Position numbers and translations under genes: made by a program
From: Alphaproteobacteria bacterium
GTDB taxonomy: Bacteria > Pseudomonadota > Alphaproteobacteria > UBA828
NCBI GenBank assembly: GCA_965237415.1
Contig: CBDEFM010000002.1
Span: 416,001-480,000, forward strand
Reading direction: 5' to 3'
DNA: 64,000 nt
Notes under the pieces: model-generated
Seen by the model: only the letters and a program-made list of their open reading frames with translations
The model's database searches: none
Told to the model about the DNA's origin: nothing
In this document: one piece after another, positions 45,216 through 54,968 of the stretch
How positions within the stretch are numbered: the stretch's first letter is position 1
Layout: the number at the start of each line of letters is the position of its first letter

Positions 45216-45751
45216 TGAACCTGTTCCGCAAGAAGCGCCCGGCCGAGCAGCAGCCCGAGCCGGCCAGTCCACCCGAAGCGGTCGAGCCGCCCCCATCGCC
45301 CGCTGCCGCGCCGCCGAGCTACGAGCCCTGGTCGCCGGAAGGGCCGCCAGGCGCCATCGGCGGCGGCGGGCTCGCGCCGCAACTGATCGAGGCCGCGCCC
45401 GAAGCCGCCGACACCCTGCCGACCCCGCCGGGCCTGAGCCCCGACCACCCGCTTGCGGGGCAGATCGCGCGGGCCTTGAGCTCGGTCTACGACCCCGAGA
45501 TTCCGGTGGACATCTATCAACTCGGCCTCGTCTACGGCGTGACCTTGAACGAGGCCAACGACGCCCGCATATGCATGACACTGACGACGCCCGGCTGCCC
45601 GGTCGCCGGCAGTATGCCCGGCATGGTCGAGCACGCGGTGGCGACCATGGTGGAGGGGATCGGCGACGTCGGAGTCGAGCTGGTGTGGGATCCGCCCTGG
45701 AACCCCGACATGATGTCGGAGGCCGCCCAGCTCGAACTCGGCTTCATGTAG
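45212..45751 (+). CDS. DUF59/SufT-like Fe-S assembly protein with Pro-rich N-terminal extension
   Basis: VYDPEIPVDIYQLGLVY, MTLTTPGCP, LVWDPPW. Confidence 0.85.
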   Translation: MMNLFRKKRPAEQQPEPASPPEAVEPPPSPAAAPPSYEPWSPEGPPGAIGGGGLAPQLIEAAPEAADTLPTPPGLSPDHPLAGQIARALSSVYDPEIPVDIYQLGLVYGVTLNEANDARICMTLTTPGCPVAGSMPGMVEHAVATMVEGIGDVGVELVWDPPWNPDMMSEAAQLELGFM

Positions 45752-45778
45752 CCGCCATCAGCCAAGCGGATTATTGCG

Positions 45779-46123
45779 ATGAAGGACATTCTCACCGTCA
45801 GCGAGCGCGCTGCAGAGCGCATCAACCACCTGATGTCGCTCCGGCCTTCCGATGCCGAGCCTGCCCTCGGCATCAAGATCGGGATCAGGAACGCCGGCTG
45901 CTCCGGCATGTCCTACACCATGGACTATGCGGAGGAGGCCCCGCCTGGCGCCGAGGTGATCTCGCAGCGCGGGGTCACGGTGGTGGTGGATCCGGCCGCG
46001 GTGATGTTCCTGATCGGCACCGAGCTCGACTTCAGCGAAGACAAACTCAGCGCCACCTTCGTCTTCAACAACCCCAACGTCACCAGCACCTGCGGCTGCG
46101 GCGAGAGCTTCGGCGTCGGCTGA
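45779..46123 (+). CDS. A-type Fe-S carrier (IscA/SufA family)
   Basis: GCSGMSY, FNNPN..CGCGESF. Confidence 0.92.
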   Translation: MKDILTVSERAAERINHLMSLRPSDAEPALGIKIGIRNAGCSGMSYTMDYAEEAPPGAEVISQRGVTVVVDPAAVMFLIGTELDFSEDKLSATFVFNNPNVTSTCGCGESFGVG

Positions 46124-46231
46124 GGCCGGCCGCCGAAACACGAAATTACAAAACGAACCCAAATTCGTGTAACCAGTTGTTTTAGAAGTCAATTCTTGAC
46201 GTACCGCGGACCCTGTGCCGGGCCCGCGCGC

Positions 46232-46308
46232 TGGTCGGGGTGGCCGGATTTGAACCGGCGACCCTCTGCTCCCAAAGCAGATGCGCTACCTGGCTGCGCC
46301 ACACCCCG
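46232..46308 (-). tRNA. tRNA-Pro (TGG)
   Basis: Reverse complement CGGGGTGTGGCGCAGCCAGGTAGCGCATCTGCTTTGGGAGCAGAGGGTCGCCGGTTCAAATCCGGCCACCCCGACCA folds as a cloverleaf with encoded CCA. Confidence 0.96.
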
Positions 46309-46373
46309 TATCGCCGCGATTCCTCCAGCGAGTCATAAGAGCCTCGTGACCCCGCCGCAAGCGCAGGGTTAAC

Positions 46374-46634
46374 ACCCCGGACAGTGGTGCGGTGCACGGC
46401 GCGCGCTGCCTGCGTCAGCTTGGCGCCATGCTGTATGAGAACGAGCGGGCCATAGCACACAGGTTGAGCGGGCGTAGTCTCGGCGGGAGATTGGTGCCCA
46501 CGGTCCGTGCCACCGCCTGTCCCGCCGAATCCCACTTAATCCCACTTAATCCCGGCGAATCCCGCTTCAACTTTAATGCTTGCCCGAGGTGGAGCGGGGA
46601 GCCGGATCGCGACCCCGATGAGAATTGCAGGCTA
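46374..46634. repeat. Second (left-truncated) copy of the MITE-like element
   Basis: Aligns with 20898-21124 (44/57 in the first block, near-identical AATCCC array) and ends at the CTA that forms the DUF502 stop codon. Confidence 0.7.
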
Positions 46635-47372
46635 GGCGTCGGGTCGCTCGGCCACGGGCGCGCGGTTCTCGTCCTCTGCTTCGGCCTCGGGTTGGGCTCT
46701 GGCTCCGGGCTTGGCATCCGGCGGGCTGACGATGCCGCCGGAGATCACGAGCTTGACGCCCTCTTCCACGGTCATATCCAGCGGGATGCAGTCCTTCCGG
46801 GGCACGAACAGGAGAAAGCCCGAGGTCGGATTGGGCGTGGTGGGGAGGAACACATTGACCATCTCGTCCTCCGTGACCCGTTGCACCTCGCCCCGCGTTG
46901 GGCTGGTGACGAAGCCGATGACCCATATTCCGCGGCGCGGATACTCGATCAGCACCACTTCGCGAAAGGCGTTGGCCGACTGCGCCAGCACCGCGTCGAA
47001 AATCTGCTTGAGTACGCCATAGACCGTGCGCACCACCGGCACGCGGGCGACCAGGCCTTCACCGAAGCGGACCAGGAAGCGCCCGGCGACGTTGGCGAAC
47101 AGGGCGCCGACCAGCGTGACCAGGATGAGCGCGATCACGATGCCGACGCCCGGCACGTTCCTGCCCAGAATGTCGGCGGGGTTGTAGGCGTCGGGGATGA
47201 GAGGCACGACGGCCCGGTCGAAGAGATCGACCACCAGCCAGAGCAGCCATACCGTGATGCCGATCGGCGCGGTGACGACGACGCCGGTGAAGAAATATGT
47301 CCTGAGGCGCGCGAGGAGGCCGCGCCTGCGCGGCGGCTGAATGAGACGCGGCGGGGGCGCGTCCTCCTTCAT
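46632..47372 (-). CDS. DUF502 membrane protein
   Basis: RTYFFTG..V.API.IT, RVPVVRTVY..KQI, EYPRRG, FLPTTPNPTSG. Confidence 0.9.
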   Translation of the reverse strand: MKEDAPPPRLIQPPRRRGLLARLRTYFFTGVVVTAPIGITVWLLWLVVDLFDRAVVPLIPDAYNPADILGRNVPGVGIVIALILVTLVGALFANVAGRFLVRFGEGLVARVPVVRTVYGVLKQIFDAVLAQSANAFREVVLIEYPRRGIWVIGFVTSPTRGEVQRVTEDEMVNVFLPTTPNPTSGFLLFVPRKDCIPLDMTVEEGVKLVISGGIVSPPDAKPGARAQPEAEAEDENRAPVAERPDA

Positions 47373-47668
47373 CTCGGGGGAAGGCGCCGGTGCCCCGGCC
47401 CCCCGGGGTGATTGACCGTCCTCCTCATCGTCCCGCGATCCCGCTTGTTGTCAGCCTTGTGTACCTGCCGCGTTGCGTCGCCGCCAGATTATTCGTTTCA
47501 GGTCAACGGCAACATCGAGCAGAGATTTGGGTCTCTCCGCCGGCGGCATCTTGGCGGGGTGCGGCGCGGCACCTATCATGGCGCCTGACGGCGCGCCTTC
47601 GCCCAGCAACCGGCGCGATGCAGACTCCGGGCCGGCGGGAACGGCGCGCCGCACCGAGGGAGGAGCCG

Positions 47669-48616
47669 ATGTCGAGGCAGTTTACCGTTGCTGCGGCGCA
47701 GATGGGGCCGGTCGCCCGCGCCGACACGCGCTCGCAAGTGGTCGACCGGCTGATCGCGATGCTGCACAGCGCAAACCAGGCGGGCGCCACGCTCGTGGTG
47801 TTTCCGGAACTGGCGCTCACCACCTTCTTTCCGCGTTGGGTCATCGACGATCCCGAGGAGCTGGACAGCTATTTCGAAACCGAGATACCGAACAACGAGA
47901 CCCAGCCGCTCTTCGCCGCGGCGGCGGAGCTGGGTATCGGATTCCACCTCGGCTACGCTGAGATGGTCATCGAAGACGACGGTTCAAAGCGCTATTTCAA
48001 TACGGCTATCCTCGTCGATCGCGACGGGCAGATCGCCGGGAAGTACCGCAAGGTTCATATCCCTGGCCATGCCGAACCGCAGCCCGGCCAAACCCACCAG
48101 CATCTGGAGAAGCGCTATTTCGAGCCCGGCGATCTCGGCTTCCCCGTGTTCCGCTCCATGGACGGCGTGATGGGGATGTGCATCTGCAACGACCGGCGCT
48201 GGCCCGAGACGTATCGGGTCATGGGCCTTCAAGGCGTGGAGCTTGTCATGCTCGGCTACAACACGCCGAGCACCAATCCATTCGCCAAGGGGGAGGAGGC
48301 GCCTCATCTCGGCATGTTCCATAACCACCTCTCCATGCAGGCCGGCGCCTATCAGAACGGCACCTGGGTGATCGCCTCGGCCAAGGCCGGCATGGAGGAA
48401 GGCATTCACCACATGGGCGGAAGCTGCATCATCGCACCGACCGGAGAGATCGCGGCCCAAGCCCAGACCGAGGGCGACGAGGTGGTGAGCGCGCCGATCG
48501 ACTTGGGTCGGGGGGTCTATATCCGCGAGACCATCTTCAACTTCGCCGCGCACCGGCGGATCGAGCACTACGGCCTCATTACCAGCCGGACCGGGGCGGA
48601 GCCGCCACCCGCGTAA
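47669..48616 (+). CDS. N-carbamoyl-D-amino-acid hydrolase (nitrilase superfamily)
   Basis: FPELALTTFFPRW, KYRKVHIPGH, QHLEKRYF, ICNDRRWPE; RBS GGAGGAG. Confidence 0.9.
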   Translation: MSRQFTVAAAQMGPVARADTRSQVVDRLIAMLHSANQAGATLVVFPELALTTFFPRWVIDDPEELDSYFETEIPNNETQPLFAAAAELGIGFHLGYAEMVIEDDGSKRYFNTAILVDRDGQIAGKYRKVHIPGHAEPQPGQTHQHLEKRYFEPGDLGFPVFRSMDGVMGMCICNDRRWPETYRVMGLQGVELVMLGYNTPSTNPFAKGEEAPHLGMFHNHLSMQAGAYQNGTWVIASAKAGMEEGIHHMGGSCIIAPTGEIAAQAQTEGDEVVSAPIDLGRGVYIRETIFNFAAHRRIEHYGLITSRTGAEPPPA

Positions 48617-48646
48617 GAGCCGCCCCCGCCCGTCCGTCGGGCTACC

Positions 48647-49618
48647 TCAGACGGTGAGAACGATCTTGCCGAAATGAGCGTTGGCTCGCATGTGCGCCTG
48701 CGCCTCCGCCGCCTTGTCCAGGGGGAAGGTGCGGTCGATGGGCAGGCTCAGCGTGCCGTTTTCAACCGCGTTCCAGATGTCGGCGCGCATGGCGGCGTTG
48801 ATGGCGCGCACTTCGTCGACCGTGCGGGTGCGAAAGGTCACGCCAATATAATCGATGCGCTTCAGCGCATGCAGGTCGAAGTCGAACTCGCCGGTGAAGC
48901 CGCCGAGGCGGCCAACATTAACGATGCGGCCCAGCACCGCCGCCGCCTGCATCGTCTGATTGGCGAGCCCACCCGAGACCTGATCGATGGTGAGGTCAAC
49001 GCCTTTGCCGCCGGTCGCTTCGCGCGCCTGCTCCACCCAGCCTGGATCGCCGGGATCGAGGGCGAGATCGGCGCCGAACTCGGTGAGGCGGGCGCGCCGG
49101 CCGGCATCGCGCGAGGTGGCAAGCACCGCGCCGGCGCCCTTCAGGCGGGCGATCTGGATCGCCATGAGCCCGACACCGGAGCTCGCGCCCTGGATCAGCA
49201 CGGACTCGCCTGCGGCGAGCCGGCCGTTGGTGACCAGCGCGTCGTGCATGGTCTGAAGCGCGATTGGCAGCGTCGCCGCCTCGACCGGCCCGGCCGCGGC
49301 CTTGGGCACGGGGCACACCCGGCCCCAGTCGGTGACGGCGTACTCGGCATAGCCGCCGGCGCCCGAGCACATGACCTGCTCGCCAGGCCGGAACTCGGGC
49401 ACTTCGGCGCCGACGGCGGCAACCTCGCCGGCCCATTCGAGCCCCGCGATCGCGCCGGCGCCGCCGAGCGCCCCGTGTGGCCTCCCGGCCGCCATGATCA
49501 GGTCCGCCCGGTTCAACCCGCTGGCGGCAACCTTGACCAAGACCTCGTTGGGCTTGGGCTCGGGCGCCGGCACCTCGCGAAGCGCCAGACCCTCTTCGGT
49601 AAGCACCACTGCCTTCAT
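48647..49618 (-). CDS. MDR-family NADPH:quinone oxidoreductase-like protein
   Basis: LNRAD, GLEWAGEV, QGASSGVG, HFGKIVL; start at ATG 49618. Confidence 0.87.
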   Translation of the reverse strand: MKAVVLTEEGLALREVPAPEPKPNEVLVKVAASGLNRADLIMAAGRPHGALGGAGAIAGLEWAGEVAAVGAEVPEFRPGEQVMCSGAGGYAEYAVTDWGRVCPVPKAAAGPVEAATLPIALQTMHDALVTNGRLAAGESVLIQGASSGVGLMAIQIARLKGAGAVLATSRDAGRRARLTEFGADLALDPGDPGWVEQAREATGGKGVDLTIDQVSGGLANQTMQAAAVLGRIVNVGRLGGFTGEFDFDLHALKRIDYIGVTFRTRTVDEVRAINAAMRADIWNAVENGTLSLPIDRTFPLDKAAEAQAHMRANAHFGKIVLTV

Positions 49619-49835
49619 TCGCTGTCTCCCATGAGCTTCGGTCTCGGTGGCCCGGAATCGCCCTCGTCGTCCGTTATACTCTGCGCTGCCATGGCTTACG
49701 CATGAATCGCTTGAAACCGATATGAATCCTATTCGTTCATCGGTCTCAAGGACATCTCCGAGCATCTCGCCCCGCCATACCAAGCGGTATTCTGCAGTTA
49801 GAGCGGAGAATAGGAAGCGAAGCCGGCGTGGTCGG

Positions 49836-52351
49836 GTGACGAGACTAATCCAAGTCGTGATCCTGCTGCTGGCCGTTGTGGCGGTCGTTTCGGCCTGCGG
49901 CGGTGGTGGCGGCGACGATGTCAGCCCGCAAACCGCGGCGGCGCCCACGTCCGATCCGCCGCCCACAGTTGTCATGCCGGCATGCGTTCAAACGGTCCTC
50001 GGCTGCTATTTGCCGGAGAGGTACGAAGCGGAACGCCAAACTATCGAGGACGCACATGCCAACGAGGACGCCTTCAAGAATCAGTGGGGTCTGGAAGCGA
50101 TTCGTGCGGAACGCGCCTACGCGCAACTTGAACTGGAGCACGGAATCGGTCTCGAACCCGGCAGCGGCCAGACGGTCGGCTTAATTGACACCGGGATCGA
50201 TGAGCTGCACCCGGTGTTCGCCGGCAAGACAGTGACGGAACAATTCTTCGGGACGGCCGAGGACGAGACCGGCGACGGCTTTTCCCACGGTACGGCAGTC
50301 GCGAGCGTCATCTCGGCTCGGCGGGGCGCCGAGCTCGCAAACAGCGGAGCGAACGCCGCGCACGGGGTTGCCTGGGGAGCCGACATCGCGATGTTCGCCA
50401 TCCCGACCGGGTCGGGAGGCGGCATTTACCATCCGCTCACCCTGACCGGCCAAACCAGCTATGACGAGCTATGGGCGTCTAGGAGCCTGCGCCGTAGGAA
50501 AATGGACTACTATATGTAGTGGTATCAGATCATTCTTTACCACTACTTATGGTGTCTGAAGGTGCCTAAAAGCGTTCTGCGGCGCAGGCTCCTAGGCTTA
50601 CTCAGACTCTCAACTGGTCGAGCGGTGGGCAGACACTCGATTTCGTCAACGTGAGCGTGGGGTACCACGGGATCATCGATCAGTACAGCGAAGAGGAACT
50701 GCGCCGCAATTTCCTCGATTCGATCATGGTGCTTGCACAGGCCGCCAAGACCGACAAGACCGTCTTCGTCTGGTCCGCCGGCAACGCCCACAGCGACCTC
50801 TGCGACGACTCGGACTTCACCGACAACCCAGATCTCTGCGTAAGCGGGAGCGTCAACGCCAAGTCGGTCGAAATCTTGGCCGGCTTGCCGGCGCGCATTC
50901 CCGAGCTGCGCGGAAACCTCATCGCCGTCGTGGCCGTCGCTCCCGATGGTGACGGGGACGGGGACCACGAGATCGCTGAGTTTTCCAATCGCTGCGGCAT
51001 TGCCAAAGATTGGTGCATCGCAGCGCCCGGAGTCGACGTCTGGGTGGCCTATTTCGGGCCCCATCCCGACGACGACACTCCGGGATTGCGGCTCGGCGCG
51101 GTCGCTGACGGAACATCCTTTGCCGCGCCCATGGTGACGGGCGCGCTGGTGGTGATGAAGGATTACTTTCGTGCCGAGCTACTGAATACGGATCTGGTCG
51201 CGCGGCTCCTGGCGACGACCGACAAGAGCGGCATCTATGCCGACGCAGATGTTTACGGCCAGGGCCTGCTGGACCTGGCTGCCGCAACCTCGCCCGTGGG
51301 CTCGCCCCGCATTGCTATCGACCAGCGGGTGGAGGGTGCCGCCGTCGATCTGACGGCCACCGGTCTCGGATTGGGCGACGCGCTCGGCGACGGGCTGACG
51401 CTGGCCCTTGCCGGGCACGAGATCGCAGCCTTCGACGACCTGGGCGCGCCGTTCTGGTACGCGCTCGATTCCTTCACCGATGCTGCAGACGGCCCCGCGG
51501 CGCGTACTCGGCTGCGGGGCTTCATGGCGCAACCCCAGTCAGAGCGGGAGACCCCGTCGTGGCGTCCCTCTCTCGGTGCGGTGCACAGCGTCGATGGTAC
51601 CGGTAGCGACGCCCCGCTTCGGCTCGGCATGCTGGATGCGTCCCCGCTGGGCGAGGACGCCGGGCACCTCTCGCTCGCCGGGCGGGCGCTGACTCTGAGC
51701 ACCGCAGGGCAGGGGAGTCTCAGCGCCGCCGCCTTCTCCACCGAAGGCTTGGACGGGCAGGCGCCGGCGTCGGGGGCAACTCTCGATTGGTGGCCGGAAG
51801 GTGCGCCGCTCGGTGTGCACGGCGGCTGGGTGGGTGAGCGCGAGGCCCTTCTCGGCAGCAGGGCAGCCGGCGCGTTCGGACGGATGACGGCGGATTCTGC
51901 GTTCGCCGGCATCGAGGCACGCGCGCGGGTCGGCGCCTGGCACCTCGGCGCCGGCGCCGAGGTCGGGACGGTCAGCACGTCGGTGCAGGGCGGACTGATC
52001 GCCGACGTTTCGCCGCTCATCACGAGCGCCTTCGCGCTCCAGGCGGTACGACCGTTGAATGACGGGGATACGTTCACACTCTCGCTGTCGCAGCCCCTTC
52101 GCGTCGAGTCCGGCCATGCCAGCCTTTCCGTTCCGGTCGGCCGTACAAAGGATGGCCTGGTGCGCCGGCGCCCGGTGACCGCCGATCTCGTGCCCACGGG
52201 CCGGCAAATCGAGGTTACGGCTCAGTGGCGACGGATGCTCTCGACGGGCGGTGAGCTGCGCTTAGGCGCCGCTTGGACCCGTCATCCTGGACACGCGGCC
52301 TCAGCGGAGCCCGACCTCACCCTCCTCGCCGGCTGGCGCCATACCTTCTGA
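49836..52351 (+). pseudogene. S8 (subtilisin-like) lipoprotein peptidase with C-terminal beta-rich domain, interrupted by a MITE
   Basis: Lipobox VSAC; Asp (LIDTGID) and His (SHGTAVA) in the first ORF, AGN and Ser (GTSFAAP) in the second; deleting 50483-50595 fuses them in frame. Start codon approximate. Confidence 0.85.
50483..50591. mobile_element. 109-bp MITE with CTAG target duplication
   Basis: CTAG at 50479-50482 and 50592-50595; terminal IRs GAGCCTGCGCCGTAG / reverse complement GAGCCTGCGCCGCAG (14/15); AT-rich core. Confidence 0.9.
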
Positions 52352-52500
52352 CGCCGATCCGAGCGGCTCGGATTGGCGCCGGCTGGAGATGTGCATCGCC
52401 GTTTAAGACGAGCGGGAGATTCGAGCGGCCGCAACCACAAGCACTCAACCGCGGCCCGGCTATGTCGGCGCCGACATGATGTTATAGCTGGTCGAAACCG

Positions 52501-52529
52501 TTGACGCCTTGCATTGTCGCGCCCACACT
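52501..52529 (+). promoter_or_regulatory. Putative sigma70 promoter of hupB
   Basis: TTGACG-N17-CACACT about 66 bp upstream of the ATG. Confidence 0.45.
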
Positions 52530-52595
52530 TTCGCGGTCGAGTCGGTATTCGCGAACGTCCGTATCCATCCACCGTGAGCGAAATGGGAGCGAGCA

Positions 52596-52871
52596 ATGAA
52601 CAAGGCCGAGCTGATCAAGGCAGTCTCGAGCGGCGCGGACATCTCCAGCGCCGACGCTGCACGCGCGGTGGACAGCGTGTTCGGCGCCATTACTGAAACG
52701 CTTCAGAGCGGCTCCGACGTCAGACTGGCTGGATTCGGGTCGTTCAGTGTCGTCGAGCGGAAGGCTACAAGCGGGCGCAATCCGCGTACCGGCGAATCGA
52801 TTTCGATTCCCGCTTCCAAGCAGCCGAAGTTCAAAGCCGGCAAAACGCTCAAGGACGCGGTCAACACCTGA
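52596..52871 (+). CDS. hupB: DNA-binding protein HU
   Basis: MNKAELI, GFGSF, GRNPRTGE, PKFKAGK.LKDAVN. Confidence 0.93.
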   Translation: MNKAELIKAVSSGADISSADAARAVDSVFGAITETLQSGSDVRLAGFGSFSVVERKATSGRNPRTGESISIPASKQPKFKAGKTLKDAVNT

Positions 52872-52893
52872 TCGCAGCCCCGCCGGCTAGCGC

Positions 52894-52969
52894 GGGCGGT
52901 TAGCTCAGCTGGGAGAGCGCTTGGTTTACACCCAAGAGGTCGGCGGTTCGAGCCCGTCACCGCCCACCA
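52894..52969 (+). tRNA. tRNA-Val (TAC)
   Basis: GGGCGGTTAGCTCAG...CTTGG TTTACAC CCAAG...GTTCGAGC...ACCGCCCACCA cloverleaf. Confidence 0.96.
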
Positions 52970-53069
52970 AGCGCTGGCCGCACCCGTAATGCAAGCGTCC
53001 GAGGCTCTCCCCCGGAGGAGCGGCCTCGGAGCGCGCAACTCTCGCCAATCAAAGCCGCGGCCAAGCGGC

Positions 53070-53098
53070 TTGACCCCGCCGGACCCCTGCTCTACATG
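53070..53098 (+). promoter_or_regulatory. Putative sigma70 promoter for tRNA-Asp/nuo
   Basis: TTGACC-N17-TACATG. Confidence 0.4.
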
Positions 53099-53138
53099 GG
53101 GACGGCCGGCGCGGCGACGGCTTGCCGCCGGATCCGTC

Positions 53139-53217
53139 GGGGGTGTAGCTCAGCTTGGTTTAGAGCGCCGGCCTGTCACGCCGGAGGTCGCGGGTTCGAG
53201 TCCCGTCACTCCCGCCA
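53139..53217 (+). tRNA. tRNA-Asp (GTC)
   Basis: GGGGGTGTAGCTCAG...CCGGC CTGTCAC GCCGG...GTTCGAGT...CACTCCCGCCA cloverleaf. Confidence 0.95.
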
Positions 53218-53391
53218 TATCCTTGGGGGCGCCGCTTCTGTAGCGCCGGGACGGGAAGAGCTGCAACGGGGTGCCGTTTTGATGCAGGCTTCGGGATTCG
53301 GGGGCGGTCGAGGGTGGCCGCGGCGCGAATGCCGTAGGGGTTCCGGTCGTGGCCTGTCAGGCACCCTGAGATGGTTGGCGGGCCGTAACCG

Positions 53392-53766
53392 ATGACCGCG
53401 TCGACCCAACTCCTCCTCGAATATCTGCCCATCGTCATCTTTCTCGGCATTGCCGGTGTGATGGCCATCGCTGCCATCGCGGGCTCCTACGTGCTTGCTC
53501 CTCAGCGGCCCGATCGCGACAAGATCGCCGCCTATGAGTGCGGCTTCGACGCCTTCGAAGATGCCCGCGGCCGCTTTGACGTCCGCTTCTATCTTGTGGC
53601 GATCCTCTTCATCATCTTCGATCTCGAGGTCGCCTTTCTCTTCCCCTGGGCCGTCTCGTTCAGCGAGATCGGGCTGTACGGGTTTTGGTCGATGATCGTC
53701 TTCCTCGGACTGCTCACGATCGGCTTCGTCTACGAATGGAAGAAGGGCGCGCTCGAATGGGAGTAG
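53392..53766 (+). CDS. nuoA: NADH-quinone oxidoreductase subunit A
   Basis: [29 protein letters not shown]. Confidence 0.96.
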   Translation: MTASTQLLLEYLPIVIFLGIAGVMAIAAIAGSYVLAPQRPDRDKIAAYECGFDAFEDARGRFDVRFYLVAILFIIFDLEVAFLFPWAVSFSEIGLYGFWSMIVFLGLLTIGFVYEWKKGALEWE

Positions 53767-54311
53767 GGACCACGACCGTCGGTCTGCCGGGTGAGCCGCT
53801 GCCGTCAGGGTCGGCCCAGGATCAGGCGCTCGCGCTGGTCAGCGACGAATTGAACGACAAGGGTTTCGTCGTCGCCAAGCTCGACAACATCGTAAACTGG
53901 GCACGGACGGGCTCGCTCTGGCCGATGACCTTCGGGCTTGCCTGCTGTGCGGTCGAGTTCATGCAGACCATTGCGTCCCGCTACGATATCGACCGCATCG
54001 GCATGGTACCGCGGGCGAGCCCGCGGCAATCGGACGTAATGATCGTCGCCGGCACCCTCTGCAACAAGATGGCGCCCGCGTTCCGGCGGGTCTATGACCA
54101 GATGCCGGAGCCCCGCTACGTCATCTCGATGGGAAGCTGCGCCAACGGCGGCGGCTACTATCACTATTCCTATTCGGTAGTGCGGGGCTGCGACCGTGTC
54201 GTCCCGGTCGATATTTATGTCCCCGGCTGTCCGCCGACGGCCGAAGCGCTGCTTTACGGCATCATGCAACTGCAGCGGAAGATCAGGCGAACGGGGACTA
54301 TCGCGCGCTAG
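53757..54311 (+). CDS. nuoB: NADH-quinone oxidoreductase subunit B
   Basis: [32 protein letters not shown]. Confidence 0.96.
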   Translation: MGVGTTTVGLPGEPLPSGSAQDQALALVSDELNDKGFVVAKLDNIVNWARTGSLWPMTFGLACCAVEFMQTIASRYDIDRIGMVPRASPRQSDVMIVAGTLCNKMAPAFRRVYDQMPEPRYVISMGSCANGGGYYHYSYSVVRGCDRVVPVDIYVPGCPPTAEALLYGIMQLQRKIRRTGTIAR

Positions 54312-54335
54312 CGCGCGACCGGAGCGGGCGAGGGG

Positions 54336-54968
54336 ATGGACACGGTCGGCCTACGCGACCTCGGCGAGTATGTCGCGACCAGTCTGAGCGACTATGTGCG
54401 CGCGGCTGACGTCGTGCGCGACGAGCTCGTGATCGGTGCGCGCGCGGATCAGGTCGCACGTGTGCTCAAGTTCCTCAAGGACGATCCACGCTGCCGTTTC
54501 GAGCAGCTTACCGATCTTTGCGGCGTCGATTACCCAGAGCGCGACCCGCGCTTCGATGTCGTCTATCACTTGCTCAGCATGAGCCACAATCGACGACTGC
54601 GCCTCAGGATCGGCGTCAACGAGGACGAGCCTGTGCCGTCGGCGACCGGGGTGTACGCGTCTGCAGGATGGTGGGAGCGCGAGGCCTGGGACCTTTACGG
54701 CATCTACTTCGCCGGCAATCCGGACCTGCGCCGGCTGCTCACCGACTACGGGTTCGACGGCCATCCGCTGCGCAAGGATTTCCCGCTGACCGGCTATGTC
54801 GAGCTTCGTTACGACAGCGAGCAGAAGCGGGTCGTGTACGAGCCGGTGAAGCTCACCCAGGAATTTCGCCGCTTCGACTTCCTGAGCCCCTGGGAAGGCG
54901 TGTCCTACCCATTGCCGGGCGATGAGAAGGCGGAGCCGGAAGCCGACGAAGACGGGCGCGAGTCTTGA
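54336..54968 (+). CDS. nuoC: NADH-quinone oxidoreductase subunit C
   Basis: [32 protein letters not shown]. Confidence 0.96.
   Translation: MDTVGLRDLGEYVATSLSDYVRAADVVRDELVIGARADQVARVLKFLKDDPRCRFEQLTDLCGVDYPERDPRFDVVYHLLSMSHNRRLRLRIGVNEDEPVPSATGVYASAGWWEREAWDLYGIYFAGNPDLRRLLTDYGFDGHPLRKDFPLTGYVELRYDSEQKRVVYEPVKLTQEFRRFDFLSPWEGVSYPLPGDEKAEPEADEDGRES

Noticed and set aside
46201-46230. Left end of element copy B lying beyond tRNA-Pro
   Set aside because: Only short GC-rich matches (GGGCCCGCGCG) to the 39-bp repeats and no terminal IR; not distinguishable from chance.
46536-46549. CtrA box in the AATCCC array
   Set aside because: Spacing is TTAA-N6-TTAA, not the TTAA-N7-TTAA consensus.
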